64,000 bases of DNA from contig OZ245365.1 in NCBI GenBank assembly GCA_965226495.1, positions 1,664,001 through 1,728,000 on the forward strand, read 5' to 3'. Under the pieces are notes generated by a model that was not told the origin of the DNA, made no database searches, and was given only the letters and a program-made list of their open reading frames with translations. The position numbers were made by a program, and so were the translations under genes. This document shows positions 48,250-58,470 of this stretch, piece after piece; the stretch's first letter is position 1, and each line of letters opens with the position of its first letter. Source of the DNA: Candidatus Marinacidobacterales bacterium (GTDB taxonomy: Bacteria > Acidobacteriota > Vicinamibacteria > Marinacidobacterales > DATDRI01).

Positions 48250-48380
48250 CCCTCACCCTCTCCCAGAGGGAGAGGGTTTAAAGGAAGGAAGCCAACGCGT
48301 GCACCCTCACCCGGCGTCTGTCCACTTCGTTAGTGGCACGCCATGTTTTGACGCCCGAAATCTCCCGGAGGGAGAGGGAT
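48250..48380. repeat. REP-like CCCTCACCC / CTCTCCC..GGGAGAGGG elements between convergent genes
   Basis: CCCTCACCCTCTCCCAGAGGGAGAGGG and CCCTCACCCGG...TCTCCCGGAGGGAGAGGG. Confidence 0.65.
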
Positions 48381-48403
48381 TAAAGGATGGAAGCCCACCT
48401 TAA

Positions 48404-50032
48404 TTAACGACCGTCGGTTGCCGCTTCGTACTTTTGCGCCTCGGCAAGCTCTGGAAGCCCCGCGTCCGCGTGCTGCCAGTTCTTGAGCAATAAGTCGTAG
48501 GCCTTCCTGGCCGTCTCGACGTCGCCCGCTTTCGAAGAGGCTCGCGCCCACCCGAGTAGCGATCGAGTCCTTAGGGGCATCCGCACGAGGGCTACCGCGA
48601 ACTGCTTGATCGCTTCGTCTGCCCAATCCGTTTCCAGAAGCATCTCGCCATAGAGCTCGTGCGATGGCTTCAGCGGGTAAGCAGGTCCCGATGGAGGGTC
48701 CAAACTTCCCTCGATGGCGACCGCCTCTTTCATCACATGGAGAGCGTCGTTGCTCTTCCCCTGGCCAAGAAGAATGAGGGCGGTGATTTCTTTTTCCATG
48801 ATGGCGAGGGGCTTGGCTTCGTAGCTATCATCCTCTGATTCTTTCTGCTCACGAAGCTTCTTGAGCTTGTCCGCGGCTTCTTGTGCCTTGGCGAAGTTGC
48901 CCATCTTTGCGGCACTCATCCCCGCCGCGAGGAGCAGGCTTCCCGTAGCACTGGAGCGCCGTCCGCTGAACGAGGTTGCCTCGGGCAACGGTAGGTCCTG
49001 CCACTTCTCGGTCTCGATGATGTACCGCGACGCCATGGTGCCGTGCACCCGCCGCATATAGTCCGCCTGCGTCTCTTCAGCGACGCCCTCTACAAGCTCA
49101 ACGCCCGCCCAAGCATCTTCGTAGCGACCGAGTTGCAGGTCGGAGTACTGCCACCACGAGTAAGCGTGGTAGTCCCGCTTGGTTATGGAAAGCGATTTAC
49201 GTTTCACCCATGCATCCGAGGCTTCATACGCCGCTTTGTTGGAGGCCGCGACGCGGTCCCACATGCCGTGCTGCACGAAGATGTGGGATGGCATGTGAAG
49301 AGCGTGGGGAGCTGCGGGGGCAATCTCGGCGTATCTATTGGCCGCGGGAAGCGCCAAGGGGGCGTGCACCGGATCGTCGAACGAGTGGATGATGTAGTGA
49401 GCGGCGCCGGGGTGGTTCGGGTTCTCCGCGAAGACCTGGTTCAGGATGGCGGCCGATTTCATCTGGCGCCCAAAGCCCTTCTCTCCCGGCTTCTTCGTGC
49501 CAAGGATCGACAATGCGTAGAAACAGGCGATTTCGTGATCGTCCGGATACTTCTCGTAGAGATTTGCCATCGCTTGCGAATAAGCCCGATCGCGGTCGTG
49601 CTTCTCTCCCTCTCCGTACAGAATCTCGAGCGCCTCCAGGAAGGCCTTCTCTTTGGCGGTGTTGGCTTTCGCGATTCGTTGACTCCGTGACGGGGCCAAC
49701 TCGTGCAGTGCCTTGCGGGCGGCGGCGATGTCCTGTTCATTTCCCCAAAGCGGGTGGTTGTAGGACATGGCCTCGCCCCAATACGCCATGGCGAAGTCGG
49801 GATCGGTCTGGTAGGCCATCTGGAAGGCCTCGGCAGCCTCTTCGTACCAGAAGCTGTGTAACGCCGACACTCCGCGGATGAAGTCCGCCTGGGCCTCCGG
49901 CGAGCCGGAAGTCGGGAACTGGATGGTTCCCAGGTCCGTCTCCTCCTGCGCGGAAGCCGGGCTAACCAGGGTGACGATTGCCGCGAAGACCCCACAAATC
50001 ATGACCGCCAGAATCGCTTTTCGGATCTTCAC
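48404..50032 (-). CDS. secreted TPR-like protein
   Basis: Signal peptide; LHSFWY, HPGAAHYIIH, PHALHMPSHIF. Confidence 0.8.
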   Translation of the reverse strand: MKIRKAILAVMICGVFAAIVTLVSPASAQEETDLGTIQFPTSGSPEAQADFIRGVSALHSFWYEEAAEAFQMAYQTDPDFAMAYWGEAMSYNHPLWGNEQDIAAARKALHELAPSRSQRIAKANTAKEKAFLEALEILYGEGEKHDRDRAYSQAMANLYEKYPDDHEIACFYALSILGTKKPGEKGFGRQMKSAAILNQVFAENPNHPGAAHYIIHSFDDPVHAPLALPAANRYAEIAPAAPHALHMPSHIFVQHGMWDRVAASNKAAYEASDAWVKRKSLSITKRDYHAYSWWQYSDLQLGRYEDAWAGVELVEGVAEETQADYMRRVHGTMASRYIIETEKWQDLPLPEATSFSGRRSSATGSLLLAAGMSAAKMGNFAKAQEAADKLKKLREQKESEDDSYEAKPLAIMEKEITALILLGQGKSNDALHVMKEAVAIEGSLDPPSGPAYPLKPSHELYGEMLLETDWADEAIKQFAVALVRMPLRTRSLLGWARASSKAGDVETARKAYDLLLKNWQHADAGLPELAEAQKYEAATDGR

Positions 50033-50211
50033 TCAGGCCTCTCTTTCGGTCGTCACTGACTTAATGACGCTCAAAAACTTCCCTTGAGTACGTCAACGAC
50101 CGCCTATAAGCTACCCGATGGCCCCCCCGGAAGGCAAAGCCGGCAAAAGACGGCAGACAGCCTCCCCCCTGGCGCGCCACCACGCCTCGAAAAGGCGGCA
50201 GCCACACGTTT

Positions 50212-50220
50212 TGCTATAAT
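50212..50220 (+). promoter_or_regulatory. extended -10 promoter of the moxR/bat operon
   Basis: TGCTATAAT about 35 bp upstream of the ATG; GGAGGAG RBS. Confidence 0.6.
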
Positions 50221-50253
50221 TCGCGTGAGAATACCCGGAGGAGCGAAGTACTA

Positions 50254-51240
50254 ATGGAAGCTAGCATTCAAGAGATTAACGAAAGAGTTCAAAAAGAAGC
50301 GGTATTCGTCGAGACACTCCTCGCCGAACTGCGCAAGGTCATCGTCGGCCAACCGGACATGCTGGACCGGCTGCTGATCGGCCTTTTGAGCCGCGGACAC
50401 ATCCTCCTCGAAGGGGTACCCGGGCTGGCCAAGACACTGGCCGTCAGCAGCCTGGCCGATGCCATCGACTGCAAGTTCCAGCGCATTCAGTTTACGCCCG
50501 ACCTCCTGCCCGCCGACCTCGTGGGGACGCTCATCTACAACCAAAAAGAAGGTGTTTTCGTTCCGAAGAAGGGCCCCATCTTTACGAGCCTACTCTTGGC
50601 GGACGAGATCAACCGAGCTCCTGCCAAGGTTCAGAGCGCTCTCCTCGAGGCGATGCAGGAACGTCAGGTGACGATCGGCGATACGACGTACCCGCTCGCG
50701 GAGCCGTTCTTGGTTCTGGCAACGCAGAACCCGATCGAGCAGGAGGGAACCTACCCCCTGCCGGAAGCGCAAGTGGATCGCTTCATGCTGAAGCTCAAGC
50801 TCGATTATCCCAACCGCAAGGAAGAGCGTGAGATTCTCGATCGCATGTCCACCGAGAACGTACCCAAGGCGAGCAAAGTCGTCGGTCCAGACAACATCTT
50901 GAAGGCTCGCAAGGTTGTCGAAGAGGTTTATATAGACGACCGGATCAAGGAGTACATCATCTCGATCGTCTTCGCCACCCGTGAGCCGAGCGAGTTCGGG
51001 CTCGATATCGGTGAACTCATCGAGTACGGAGGCTCACCGCGGGCCACGCTGTACCTGGTCCAGGCGGCCCGTGCGCACGCATTCATTCGTGGGCGCGGTT
51101 ATGTGACCCCCGAAGACGTGAAGTCCGTCGGCCCCGATGTGCTTCGCCATCGCGTCATCCTCTCCTACGAGGCGGAAGCGGAAGACGTAAAACCAGAGGA
51201 AATCATCCAACGTATATTCGACATCGTAGAAGTGCCCTAG
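50254..51240 (+). CDS. moxR: MoxR-family AAA+ ATPase
   Basis: GVPGLAKT, FTPDLLPAD, ADEINRAPAKVQSALLEAM, ATQNPIE. Confidence 0.95.
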   Translation: MEASIQEINERVQKEAVFVETLLAELRKVIVGQPDMLDRLLIGLLSRGHILLEGVPGLAKTLAVSSLADAIDCKFQRIQFTPDLLPADLVGTLIYNQKEGVFVPKKGPIFTSLLLADEINRAPAKVQSALLEAMQERQVTIGDTTYPLAEPFLVLATQNPIEQEGTYPLPEAQVDRFMLKLKLDYPNRKEEREILDRMSTENVPKASKVVGPDNILKARKVVEEVYIDDRIKEYIISIVFATREPSEFGLDIGELIEYGGSPRATLYLVQAARAHAFIRGRGYVTPEDVKSVGPDVLRHRVILSYEAEAEDVKPEEIIQRIFDIVEVP

Positions 51241-51256
51241 GCCTCTAGTCCAACTC

Positions 51257-52138
51257 ATGCTCCCAAGAGAAGTCATCCAGAAGGTTCGTCGTATCGAGAT
51301 CACCACGCGCCGCATGGTGACCGATGTCCTGGCCGGCGAGTACCACAGCATCTTCAAGGGTCGGGGTATGGAATTCTCCGACGTGCGAGAGTACATGATG
51401 GGGGACGACATCCGTACCATCGATTGGAACGTCACCTCCCGCACTGGAACCCTCCACATAAAGAAATTCGTAGAGGAACGTGAGCTGACCGTACTGCTCA
51501 TGCTCGATGCCAGTGGATCCGCCGACTTCGGGACCACATCTCGTTTCAAGCGCGAGGTTGCTGCAGAAATGGGTGCGCTCTTGGCTTTCAGCGCCATCAA
51601 GAACAACGATCGCGTCGGTGCTATCGTTTTTACCGACGAAGTCGAGATGTTCATTCCGCCGCGCAAGGGCCGGCCCCATGTACTGAGGGTCATCCGCGAT
51701 CTACTTTATTTTGCACCGAAGGGTAGGAAGACCAATCTCGCCGCCGCGATGGACTATCTCAACAGAGTCACCCGCAAGCGCGCCGTGGTCTTCGTGCTTT
51801 CCGATTTTTTGACCTTCGGGTTCGAGAAGCCTTTCCGAGTGGCCGCGAAGAAGCATGACGTCATTTCGATTTTTATTTCCGACCCTCGAGAGCGCGAGAT
51901 TCCGAAGGCAGGCATGATCGAGCTCGAGGACGCAGAGACCGGGCAGCGGATGTTGTTGGATACCGCCGATCGGCGCGCCCTGGCCGCGTTCACCGAGCAC
52001 GCGAATGCTCGCGTGCAGGGACAGATGGATGCTTTGACCGCCATGGGCGTCGACATCATCGATGTCAACACCGGTGAGCCCTACGATCGGCCGCTGCAAC
52101 GTTTCTTCCGAAGACGAGCGCGGCGCCTAAGACGTTGA
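51257..52138 (+). CDS. DUF58 domain protein
   Basis: GRGMEFSDVREY..GDDIRTIDWNV, EEREL, SDF. Confidence 0.92.
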   Translation: MLPREVIQKVRRIEITTRRMVTDVLAGEYHSIFKGRGMEFSDVREYMMGDDIRTIDWNVTSRTGTLHIKKFVEERELTVLLMLDASGSADFGTTSRFKREVAAEMGALLAFSAIKNNDRVGAIVFTDEVEMFIPPRKGRPHVLRVIRDLLYFAPKGRKTNLAAAMDYLNRVTRKRAVVFVLSDFLTFGFEKPFRVAAKKHDVISIFISDPREREIPKAGMIELEDAETGQRMLLDTADRRALAAFTEHANARVQGQMDALTAMGVDIIDVNTGEPYDRPLQRFFRRRARRLRR

Positions 52139-53142
52139 AGACCACATCGATCGCAATGAAACGCTGGCTGGTACTCGGACTCCTTATTGCTTTCGCTGGG
52201 TGCGCCGATGAACCGGCGCAAAAAGAGTCGGTGCCGGTTCCCGAAGGACCCGGAGAGTGGGCCGTCGCCGCACGGGCTGACAAGACCGAAATCGAAGTCG
52301 GAGAAACGCTGACCCTCGATGTCGCCATAAGACACCCTGCCGGCGCCGAGTTCTTGCTCGCAACGGGAGGAGACAAGCTGACTCCCTTCGAGCTGGTTGA
52401 GCAGATCGAACCAGACTCGACCGCGCCGACGGAGAGCCGTGTGAAGCTCCGTATCGCCGCCTATCGCCTGCCCGGAGAGGTGGCCATCCCACCCATCAAG
52501 GTGGAGTACCAGAACGAGTCGGGAGAGCTCGCATCCGTCGAGACCCAGCCTATTCACATCGCGCTCGTCACTTCACTGACTCCCGAAGTGGCGGAAATTC
52601 ACGACATCAAGGGCCCCATGGCCGACCTCCCGGTTCCCAGCCGATGGGGGAGACTCTGGTGGCTATTGGCTGCGCTTGTGGTCGCGGCGTTGGCCTATCT
52701 TCTTTATAGGCGCTTTCGGAAGACGGGCGCCGAGCTCCTAGGGGAGCCCCTGCCACCACCCCTTGCTCCGCCGGAAGTCGAGGCCGAAGAGGCCTTGCGA
52801 AGACTCGTCGACGCGAGGCTCCTCGAGACGGGAAAGGTTCTCCAGTTCTATATCGAGCTCTCCGACATCATGAAGCGTTATGCCGGCCGGCGGTACGCGG
52901 TCCCGTACCTCGAGCGCACGACCTCAGAGATTCAAAGAGATCTGAGAGTCGCCGGCATCAAGCATCAGAAGCAGCTAATGCTGGACAAGATCCTGGTGAC
53001 GTCCGACCTTGTGAAGTTCGCCCGCATCGCGCCTCCGGACGATGAGTCCAACCGGATGGTTCCCGAAGGCTTCCGTTTTGTCGATGAGACCAAGCCGAAG
53101 GTAGTGGCACCGGAGGTGGTGCCGGCGGAGGCGCAGCCGTGA
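52135..53142 (+). CDS. Bat-operon membrane/lipoprotein component
   Basis: FAG-C lipobox, DIKGP plus TM, ERTTSE, DLVKFA; operon position. Confidence 0.75.
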   Translation: MKTTSIAMKRWLVLGLLIAFAGCADEPAQKESVPVPEGPGEWAVAARADKTEIEVGETLTLDVAIRHPAGAEFLLATGGDKLTPFELVEQIEPDSTAPTESRVKLRIAAYRLPGEVAIPPIKVEYQNESGELASVETQPIHIALVTSLTPEVAEIHDIKGPMADLPVPSRWGRLWWLLAALVVAALAYLLYRRFRKTGAELLGEPLPPPLAPPEVEAEEALRRLVDARLLETGKVLQFYIELSDIMKRYAGRRYAVPYLERTTSEIQRDLRVAGIKHQKQLMLDKILVTSDLVKFARIAPPDDESNRMVPEGFRFVDETKPKVVAPEVVPAEAQP

Positions 53143-54128
53143 CACGACTCGCCTATCCCTGGTTGGCGCTTGGGTTGCTGCTGATCCCGGCGCTCATCTA
53201 CCTTCACTGGAAGCTTCGAGAGAGCCGGCCGACACTCCTTTATTCCGACCTCCGTCCGCTCCATGTGCTCAGGCCTTCGATTTGGGTGCGTCTCTCACCG
53301 ATGCTCTTCGTCTTGCGCATGCTGGCGCTCTCGCTGGTGCTGACCGCTATCGCGCGCCCCCAAGCCGGTGCGCGAAGCGAAGAGGTCATCACCGAAGGCG
53401 TCGATATCCTTCTCGCCGTCGACGTGTCGAGCAGCATGAAGACCGAGGACTTCAAGCCGCGAAACCGCCTCTACGTTGCGAAACAGGTGGTGGCGGAGTT
53501 CATACGGTCGCGTCCCCATGATCGCATCGGGATGGTGGCATTTGCTGCGCGGGCGCTCACGAAGTGTCCGCTGACAATCGACCACGACATCCTGCTCGCG
53601 CTTCTCGAAGACGTACGCATCGGAAGCATCGAAGATGGCACCGCCATCGGCACCGCCATCGCCACCAGCGTAAACCGGCTCAAGGACTCCAAGGCCAAGA
53701 GCCGCATCATCATTCTTCTCACCGATGGCGTGAACAACCGAGGCGAGATCGACCCTCTTACGGCCGCCGAGTTGGCGAAGACGTTCGGAATCAAGATCTA
53801 CGCCGTCGGGGCAGGTCGCGAAGGTTATGCGCCATATCCCTTCGAGGATCCTGTCTACGGAACCGTTTACCAAGAAGTGCTCGTCGAGATCGACGAAAAG
53901 ACACTGGAGGACATCGCCACGTTGACGGAAGGGAAGTACTTTCGGGCCACCGACGAAGAGTCTCTCGCCAAGGTCTACGAGGAGATCGACGAGCTCGAAA
54001 AGACCAAGATCGAGCAAAAAGAATATGTGCGCTACACCGAGCTGGCTCCCTATTTCATGATGGCTGCGCTAGGGCTGCTTCTGGCGGAGTCCGTTCTCTC
54101 ACGCACCCGTTTGCTGAGCATTCCTTAA
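53139..54128 (+). CDS. batA: VWA domain protein BatA
   Basis: ARPQ, MIDAS DVSSS, GTAIG, LTDG. Confidence 0.85.
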   Translation: MTRLAYPWLALGLLLIPALIYLHWKLRESRPTLLYSDLRPLHVLRPSIWVRLSPMLFVLRMLALSLVLTAIARPQAGARSEEVITEGVDILLAVDVSSSMKTEDFKPRNRLYVAKQVVAEFIRSRPHDRIGMVAFAARALTKCPLTIDHDILLALLEDVRIGSIEDGTAIGTAIATSVNRLKDSKAKSRIIILLTDGVNNRGEIDPLTAAELAKTFGIKIYAVGAGREGYAPYPFEDPVYGTVYQEVLVEIDEKTLEDIATLTEGKYFRATDEESLAKVYEEIDELEKTKIEQKEYVRYTELAPYFMMAALGLLLAESVLSRTRLLSIP

Positions 54129-54132
54129 CCTT

Positions 54133-55149
54133 ATGCAATTCGCCAACCTCTCTGCGCTTTATTTGCTGTGGCTGGTGCCGGCCCTGGTTGCACTCTCCAT
54201 TTGGTCCGGGCGACGGAAACGACGGGCCATCGCCGTCTTTGGTGATGCGGATCTCGTCTCGAAGCTCTCTCAGGCGGTCAGTCCTGTTCTCGACCGACTC
54301 AAGGGCGGGCTCATCCTCGCCACGGTCTTCTTCTTGGTGCTTGCCATCGCGCGACCGCAGTGGGGAGAAAAAACAGAGGAAGTCGTTCGGAGCGGTGTAG
54401 ACGTCTTCATCGCCGTCGATACTTCCCTCAGCATGGCGGCCACGGATATCGTACCTTCCCGAATGGAAAAGGCCCGTCACCTTGCCGCCGCCCTCACCGA
54501 GCGACTGCAGGGCAATCGAGTCGGCCTCATCGTCTTCGCGGGTTCGGCCTTCGTGCAGTGTCCGCTCACCCTCGACGATGGCGCGGTCAGGATTTTCTTG
54601 GATGCGGTAGGCACCGGCGTGGTTCCGGAGGCGGGAACCAACGTCGCGAGTGCCATCGACGCGGCTCGTCGTGGCTTCGTCTCCAAAGAATCGAAGTATA
54701 AGGTCGTCATCCTTTTGACCGATGGGGAGCAACACGAAGGAGATCCTGCCGACGTTGCTCGGAAGGCCCGGGAGGAAGGCGTTGTGATCCACACCGTTGG
54801 CGTGGGAACCGCGGCGGGCGATCCGATTCCGATCCGCAACTCTAAAGGAGAGGTTACCGATTACAAGCGCGATGCCGCGGGGCGGCCTGTTTTGAGCCGG
54901 CTGGATGAGCAGTCGCTCGGTCGTGTGGCGCTGGCAACCGGCGGAAAGTACTTCCGGGCCACCGACCGAGAGACCGAAGTCGAGGAGATCGGCGAGCTCA
55001 TCGCATCCATGGAGAGCAAAGAGCTGAAATCGCAGTTGTTCACGCGCTACGAAGAACGTTTCTATTGGCCACTCGGGTTTGCGATCGTTTTCCTGATCGC
55101 TGACACGGCCGTTCCGCGGGGCCGACGGCGTAAGGAGGAGCTGGCATGA
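54133..55149 (+). CDS. batB: VWA domain protein BatB
   Basis: ARPQWG, DTSLSM, PSR, TDGE. Confidence 0.85.
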   Translation: MQFANLSALYLLWLVPALVALSIWSGRRKRRAIAVFGDADLVSKLSQAVSPVLDRLKGGLILATVFFLVLAIARPQWGEKTEEVVRSGVDVFIAVDTSLSMAATDIVPSRMEKARHLAAALTERLQGNRVGLIVFAGSAFVQCPLTLDDGAVRIFLDAVGTGVVPEAGTNVASAIDAARRGFVSKESKYKVVILLTDGEQHEGDPADVARKAREEGVVIHTVGVGTAAGDPIPIRNSKGEVTDYKRDAAGRPVLSRLDEQSLGRVALATGGKYFRATDRETEVEEIGELIASMESKELKSQLFTRYEERFYWPLGFAIVFLIADTAVPRGRRRKEELA

Positions 55150-55844
55150 GGACGTGGTGGATTGCCGTCATCGTGCTCCAGCTGTTTGGGCCGAGCGTCA
55201 ACAAGAAAAACAAGGAAGGGGCGGAGCTCTATGACGAGGGAAAACTGGACGAGGCCCTCGTCGCCTACACCCAGGCACAAGAGGAGTCTCCGGACGCGTC
55301 GGAGATCCAGTACAACATTGCCAACGTCCACTACCGCAAAGAAGAAGTAGACAAGGCTTTGGATGGTTACCGGGCGTCCCAGAGCGGTTCTGACGAAGTG
55401 CAACGACGCTCTCATTTCAATACCGGCAACGCCTTTCATAAGGGTGAGAAGTTTCCCGACGCGGTCGCCGCCTACAAAGAGGCCCTCAAGATCGACGACC
55501 AAGACATCGAAGCGCGACAAAATCTCGAGCTGTCCTTGAAGAAGCAAGAAGAGCAAGAACAACAACAAGACGGCGGAGGCGACTCCGGAGAAAGCGACGA
55601 GAACCAGGAAGATCAATCACAGCCTCAGAACCAACAGGATCAGGAACAACCCCAGGATCAGCCGCAGCCCCAGGACCAGGCGATGGATTCGAGCGACCAG
55701 GGGGGCGAAGCCCAGCCCCAAGGGATGACTAAGGAGGAGGCGGAACGGATCCTGGCGGCCCTCGCTGAGATGGAGAAGACCGAGCAACGCAAGCAACAGC
55801 AAAACAAGAAAATCAAGGCATCGGCCAGCGGCAAGGACTGGTGA
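55146..55844 (+). CDS. batC: TPR protein BatC
   Basis: TPRs, Q-rich linker, C-terminal KDW. Confidence 0.8.
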   Translation: MRTWWIAVIVLQLFGPSVNKKNKEGAELYDEGKLDEALVAYTQAQEESPDASEIQYNIANVHYRKEEVDKALDGYRASQSGSDEVQRRSHFNTGNAFHKGEKFPDAVAAYKEALKIDDQDIEARQNLELSLKKQEEQEQQQDGGGDSGESDENQEDQSQPQNQQDQEQPQDQPQPQDQAMDSSDQGGEAQPQGMTKEEAERILAALAEMEKTEQRKQQQNKKIKASASGKDW

Positions 55845-55888
55845 GGCGGTGACGGTTTGGAGTTGCGCTAAACTAGAGCGGTTTTGCA

Positions 55889-57730
55889 ATGAATAGAAAC
55901 TCCAGCCGACTTGTAGGAGCCATAACCCTTGGGACGCTTGGCCTCACGATCTTCCTTGCCCGAGAAGCTCCAGCCCAAGACTTCCGCGTCGAAGCTTCCG
56001 TAAACGCCAACCGCATCGGGATGGACGACGATCTTCAGTTCACGGTCTCCATACTCGGCGACAGCCTCGGACGGGCCAGCGCCCTAGTGCTTCCCAAGCT
56101 CGAAGGGTTTCGCCTGGGTGGTTCCTCTCAATCGACCAGCATCCAATGGATCAATGGCAGGATGTCCGCCACCCGAGCCATTACCTATCGCCTGGTGCCA
56201 TCGACGGAGGGCAAGCACACGATCGATCGTGTCTCGGTGACCTATCAAGGGACGCAATACCTTACCGAGCCCATCGAAGTAGAGATCGTCGCTGGCTCGG
56301 TTCAGGCGCAGGCAGGCCGACGGTCTGATCCCTTTGACGCGTTCGCTCCGCCTCGGCAACAAAGGCGCGCCAAGGTGGCCGGCGAGGTCTACGTGGAGGC
56401 CGCGCTGTCTCGATCCTCTACGTATGTAGGCCAGCAAGTCATTCTTACCTACAAGCTCTACACACAAGTGCCGATCATGGGCCTTGAAGTGGACCAGCAG
56501 CCCAAGTTGACCGGATTTTGGGTCGAAGAAGTCCAGATGCCCAAGGAGCCTGAGTGGAAAGAAACCACCATCAAGGGAAAGAAGTTCTACGTTTTCGAAA
56601 TAAAGAAGAGCATCCTCTTTCCTACAAAGGTTGGCACCACGACCATCGAACCCGCGACCTTTTCCATGGCGATTCGGGGCTCCTCTGATCCGTTTGATCG
56701 GTTCTTCTTCCGGACGACCAACACGGTCCGCCGAGCCACGAAGCCCGTTTCGCTCGAAGTCAAGGCGCTTCCCTCAGCAGGTAGACCCCAAGACTTCTCC
56801 GGGGCGGTGGGGAAGTTCGATTTAGCCCTCGAGCTAGACAACGGGGGCAGCGAAACCATTGCCGCGGGAGAGCCACTGACCGTGGACGTGGTCGTAAAGG
56901 GGAAGGGGAATCTCAAGACGGTGGAGGTCCCGGACCTCCCGACCCCGGACAGCTTTCGAACCTACGATCCTAAAACCGAAGAGAAATTTAGCGCCGGTGG
57001 ATCTGGTTTCGGAGGGGAAAAACGCTGGGAGTTCGTGCTCGTGCCGAGTGCCCCTGGAAAGTACAAGCTCGGCCCGCTGAGCTTGTCTTACTTCGACCCG
57101 GAAAAGAAGAGCTATGTGACCGCCAAGGCCGGCCCGCTGACACTCGACGTCGGCGGGGCGACGGCCGTTACCGGAGTACCCTTCGCGGCTCCCCGTTCGG
57201 AAGTGAAGCTCCTGAGGCGTGACGTGCGTTACCTCAAGCCGGCGCCCAAGGAGCTCGGTGTCGCGAAGGCACCTTTTTACCGAAGTGGCTTGTTCTATGC
57301 CACGCTCGCACTTCCCATGCTCTGGAATCTCGGCCTGGTGGCTTACCGGTTGAAACGTGAGAGTGAGGCTTCTCAAGTCGGGCTGTGGCGTCGACGCCGA
57401 GCGCGCAAGGAAGCCCATGCGCGGCTCAAGCAAGCCGCGACGAAGGCGCACGATGAAGCGAAGGATTTCTATGAGGTGACGGCCGCGGCCTTATACCGCT
57501 ATGTAGCCGACAAGAACGAGGTTAGCCATTGGGGCCTCACCACGCAGCAGATCGAATCGCTCCTGACCGAGCGGCAAGTACCCGAGTCGGCGCGTGTCGA
57601 ATTTCTAAAGATCATCGAGGCGTGTGAGTTCGCTCGATTCACGCCCGGAGACAGAACCCGCCCAGAGATGGAAGCGCTCCTGGCGCGAGCGGAGCAAGCC
57701 ATCGTATCCCTCGACAAGTATCACGAATGA
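55889..57730 (+). CDS. batD: BatD-family protein
   Basis: SIQWING, YVGQQ, FSGAVG, YFDP. Confidence 0.82.
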   Translation: MNRNSSRLVGAITLGTLGLTIFLAREAPAQDFRVEASVNANRIGMDDDLQFTVSILGDSLGRASALVLPKLEGFRLGGSSQSTSIQWINGRMSATRAITYRLVPSTEGKHTIDRVSVTYQGTQYLTEPIEVEIVAGSVQAQAGRRSDPFDAFAPPRQQRRAKVAGEVYVEAALSRSSTYVGQQVILTYKLYTQVPIMGLEVDQQPKLTGFWVEEVQMPKEPEWKETTIKGKKFYVFEIKKSILFPTKVGTTTIEPATFSMAIRGSSDPFDRFFFRTTNTVRRATKPVSLEVKALPSAGRPQDFSGAVGKFDLALELDNGGSETIAAGEPLTVDVVVKGKGNLKTVEVPDLPTPDSFRTYDPKTEEKFSAGGSGFGGEKRWEFVLVPSAPGKYKLGPLSLSYFDPEKKSYVTAKAGPLTLDVGGATAVTGVPFAAPRSEVKLLRRDVRYLKPAPKELGVAKAPFYRSGLFYATLALPMLWNLGLVAYRLKRESEASQVGLWRRRRARKEAHARLKQAATKAHDEAKDFYEVTAAALYRYVADKNEVSHWGLTTQQIESLLTERQVPESARVEFLKIIEACEFARFTPGDRTRPEMEALLARAEQAIVSLDKYHE

Positions 57731-58470
57731 CTTCCTGGTTCCTCCTTACCTTCCTTCTTCAGGCGCAGTTCGTCTCCCCTCAAGAGGTGTTCGAGCGCGG
57801 TGAGGAGCTCTACCGCGCAGGCGAGTACGACCAAGCGGTCGAGCAATACGAAGCGCTTCGCTCGCAAGGCGTGGTCGACGGAGCGCTCTGTTACAACCTG
57901 GGCAACGCGTACTTCAAGAGCGGTCGGTTGGGCCTTGCCATCCTCAATTACGAGCGCGCGCTCGAGCAGATGCCTGGCGACCAAGACTCCCGGGCCAACC
58001 TCGAGTTCGCCAACGAGCTCATCGTCGACGTCGTACAAAGGCCGCCCATGCCTTCCTACGTTGCGTGGGTGGTGGATCTATACCACTCCCTCGACCCCAG
58101 TTTTCTGGCGGCCCTGCTCAGCCTCTGCTTTCTAGTCGGCGGCGTGGCGGTCTCGATTCTGCTTCTCGGCATTCGGCCTCAACTCCGTACTCCCGCGATC
58201 TATACGCTTGCGACCGTGGTGGCAGTGGGGATACTCTCTGCAACCGTGCTCATCGCCAAGGTTCAATCGTCCGGCGAACGGGAGGAGGCGATCGTGGTCG
58301 CTCAAGTCTTGGATGTCCGCAGTGGACCCGGCGATACCAACCCTCAGCTGGCGGAGATTCACGAGGGACTCAAGCTCACGGTCCTCGGTGAGCGAGAGGA
58401 CTGGCTCCAGGTTCGACTTCCCAACGGCCTCACCGGATGGGTGAAAGAGGCCGATGTCGAAACCATCTGA
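57727..58470 (+). CDS. batE: BatE-like TPR plus SH3 protein
   Basis: YNLGNAYFK..AILNYERAL; VRSGP..HEG..GWV. Confidence 0.82.
   Translation: MTSWFLLTFLLQAQFVSPQEVFERGEELYRAGEYDQAVEQYEALRSQGVVDGALCYNLGNAYFKSGRLGLAILNYERALEQMPGDQDSRANLEFANELIVDVVQRPPMPSYVAWVVDLYHSLDPSFLAALLSLCFLVGGVAVSILLLGIRPQLRTPAIYTLATVVAVGILSATVLIAKVQSSGEREEAIVVAQVLDVRSGPGDTNPQLAEIHEGLKLTVLGEREDWLQVRLPNGLTGWVKEADVETI

Noticed and set aside
55550-55720. CAA/CAG-rich low-complexity repeats
   Set aside because: Ordinary Gln-rich linker of BatC.
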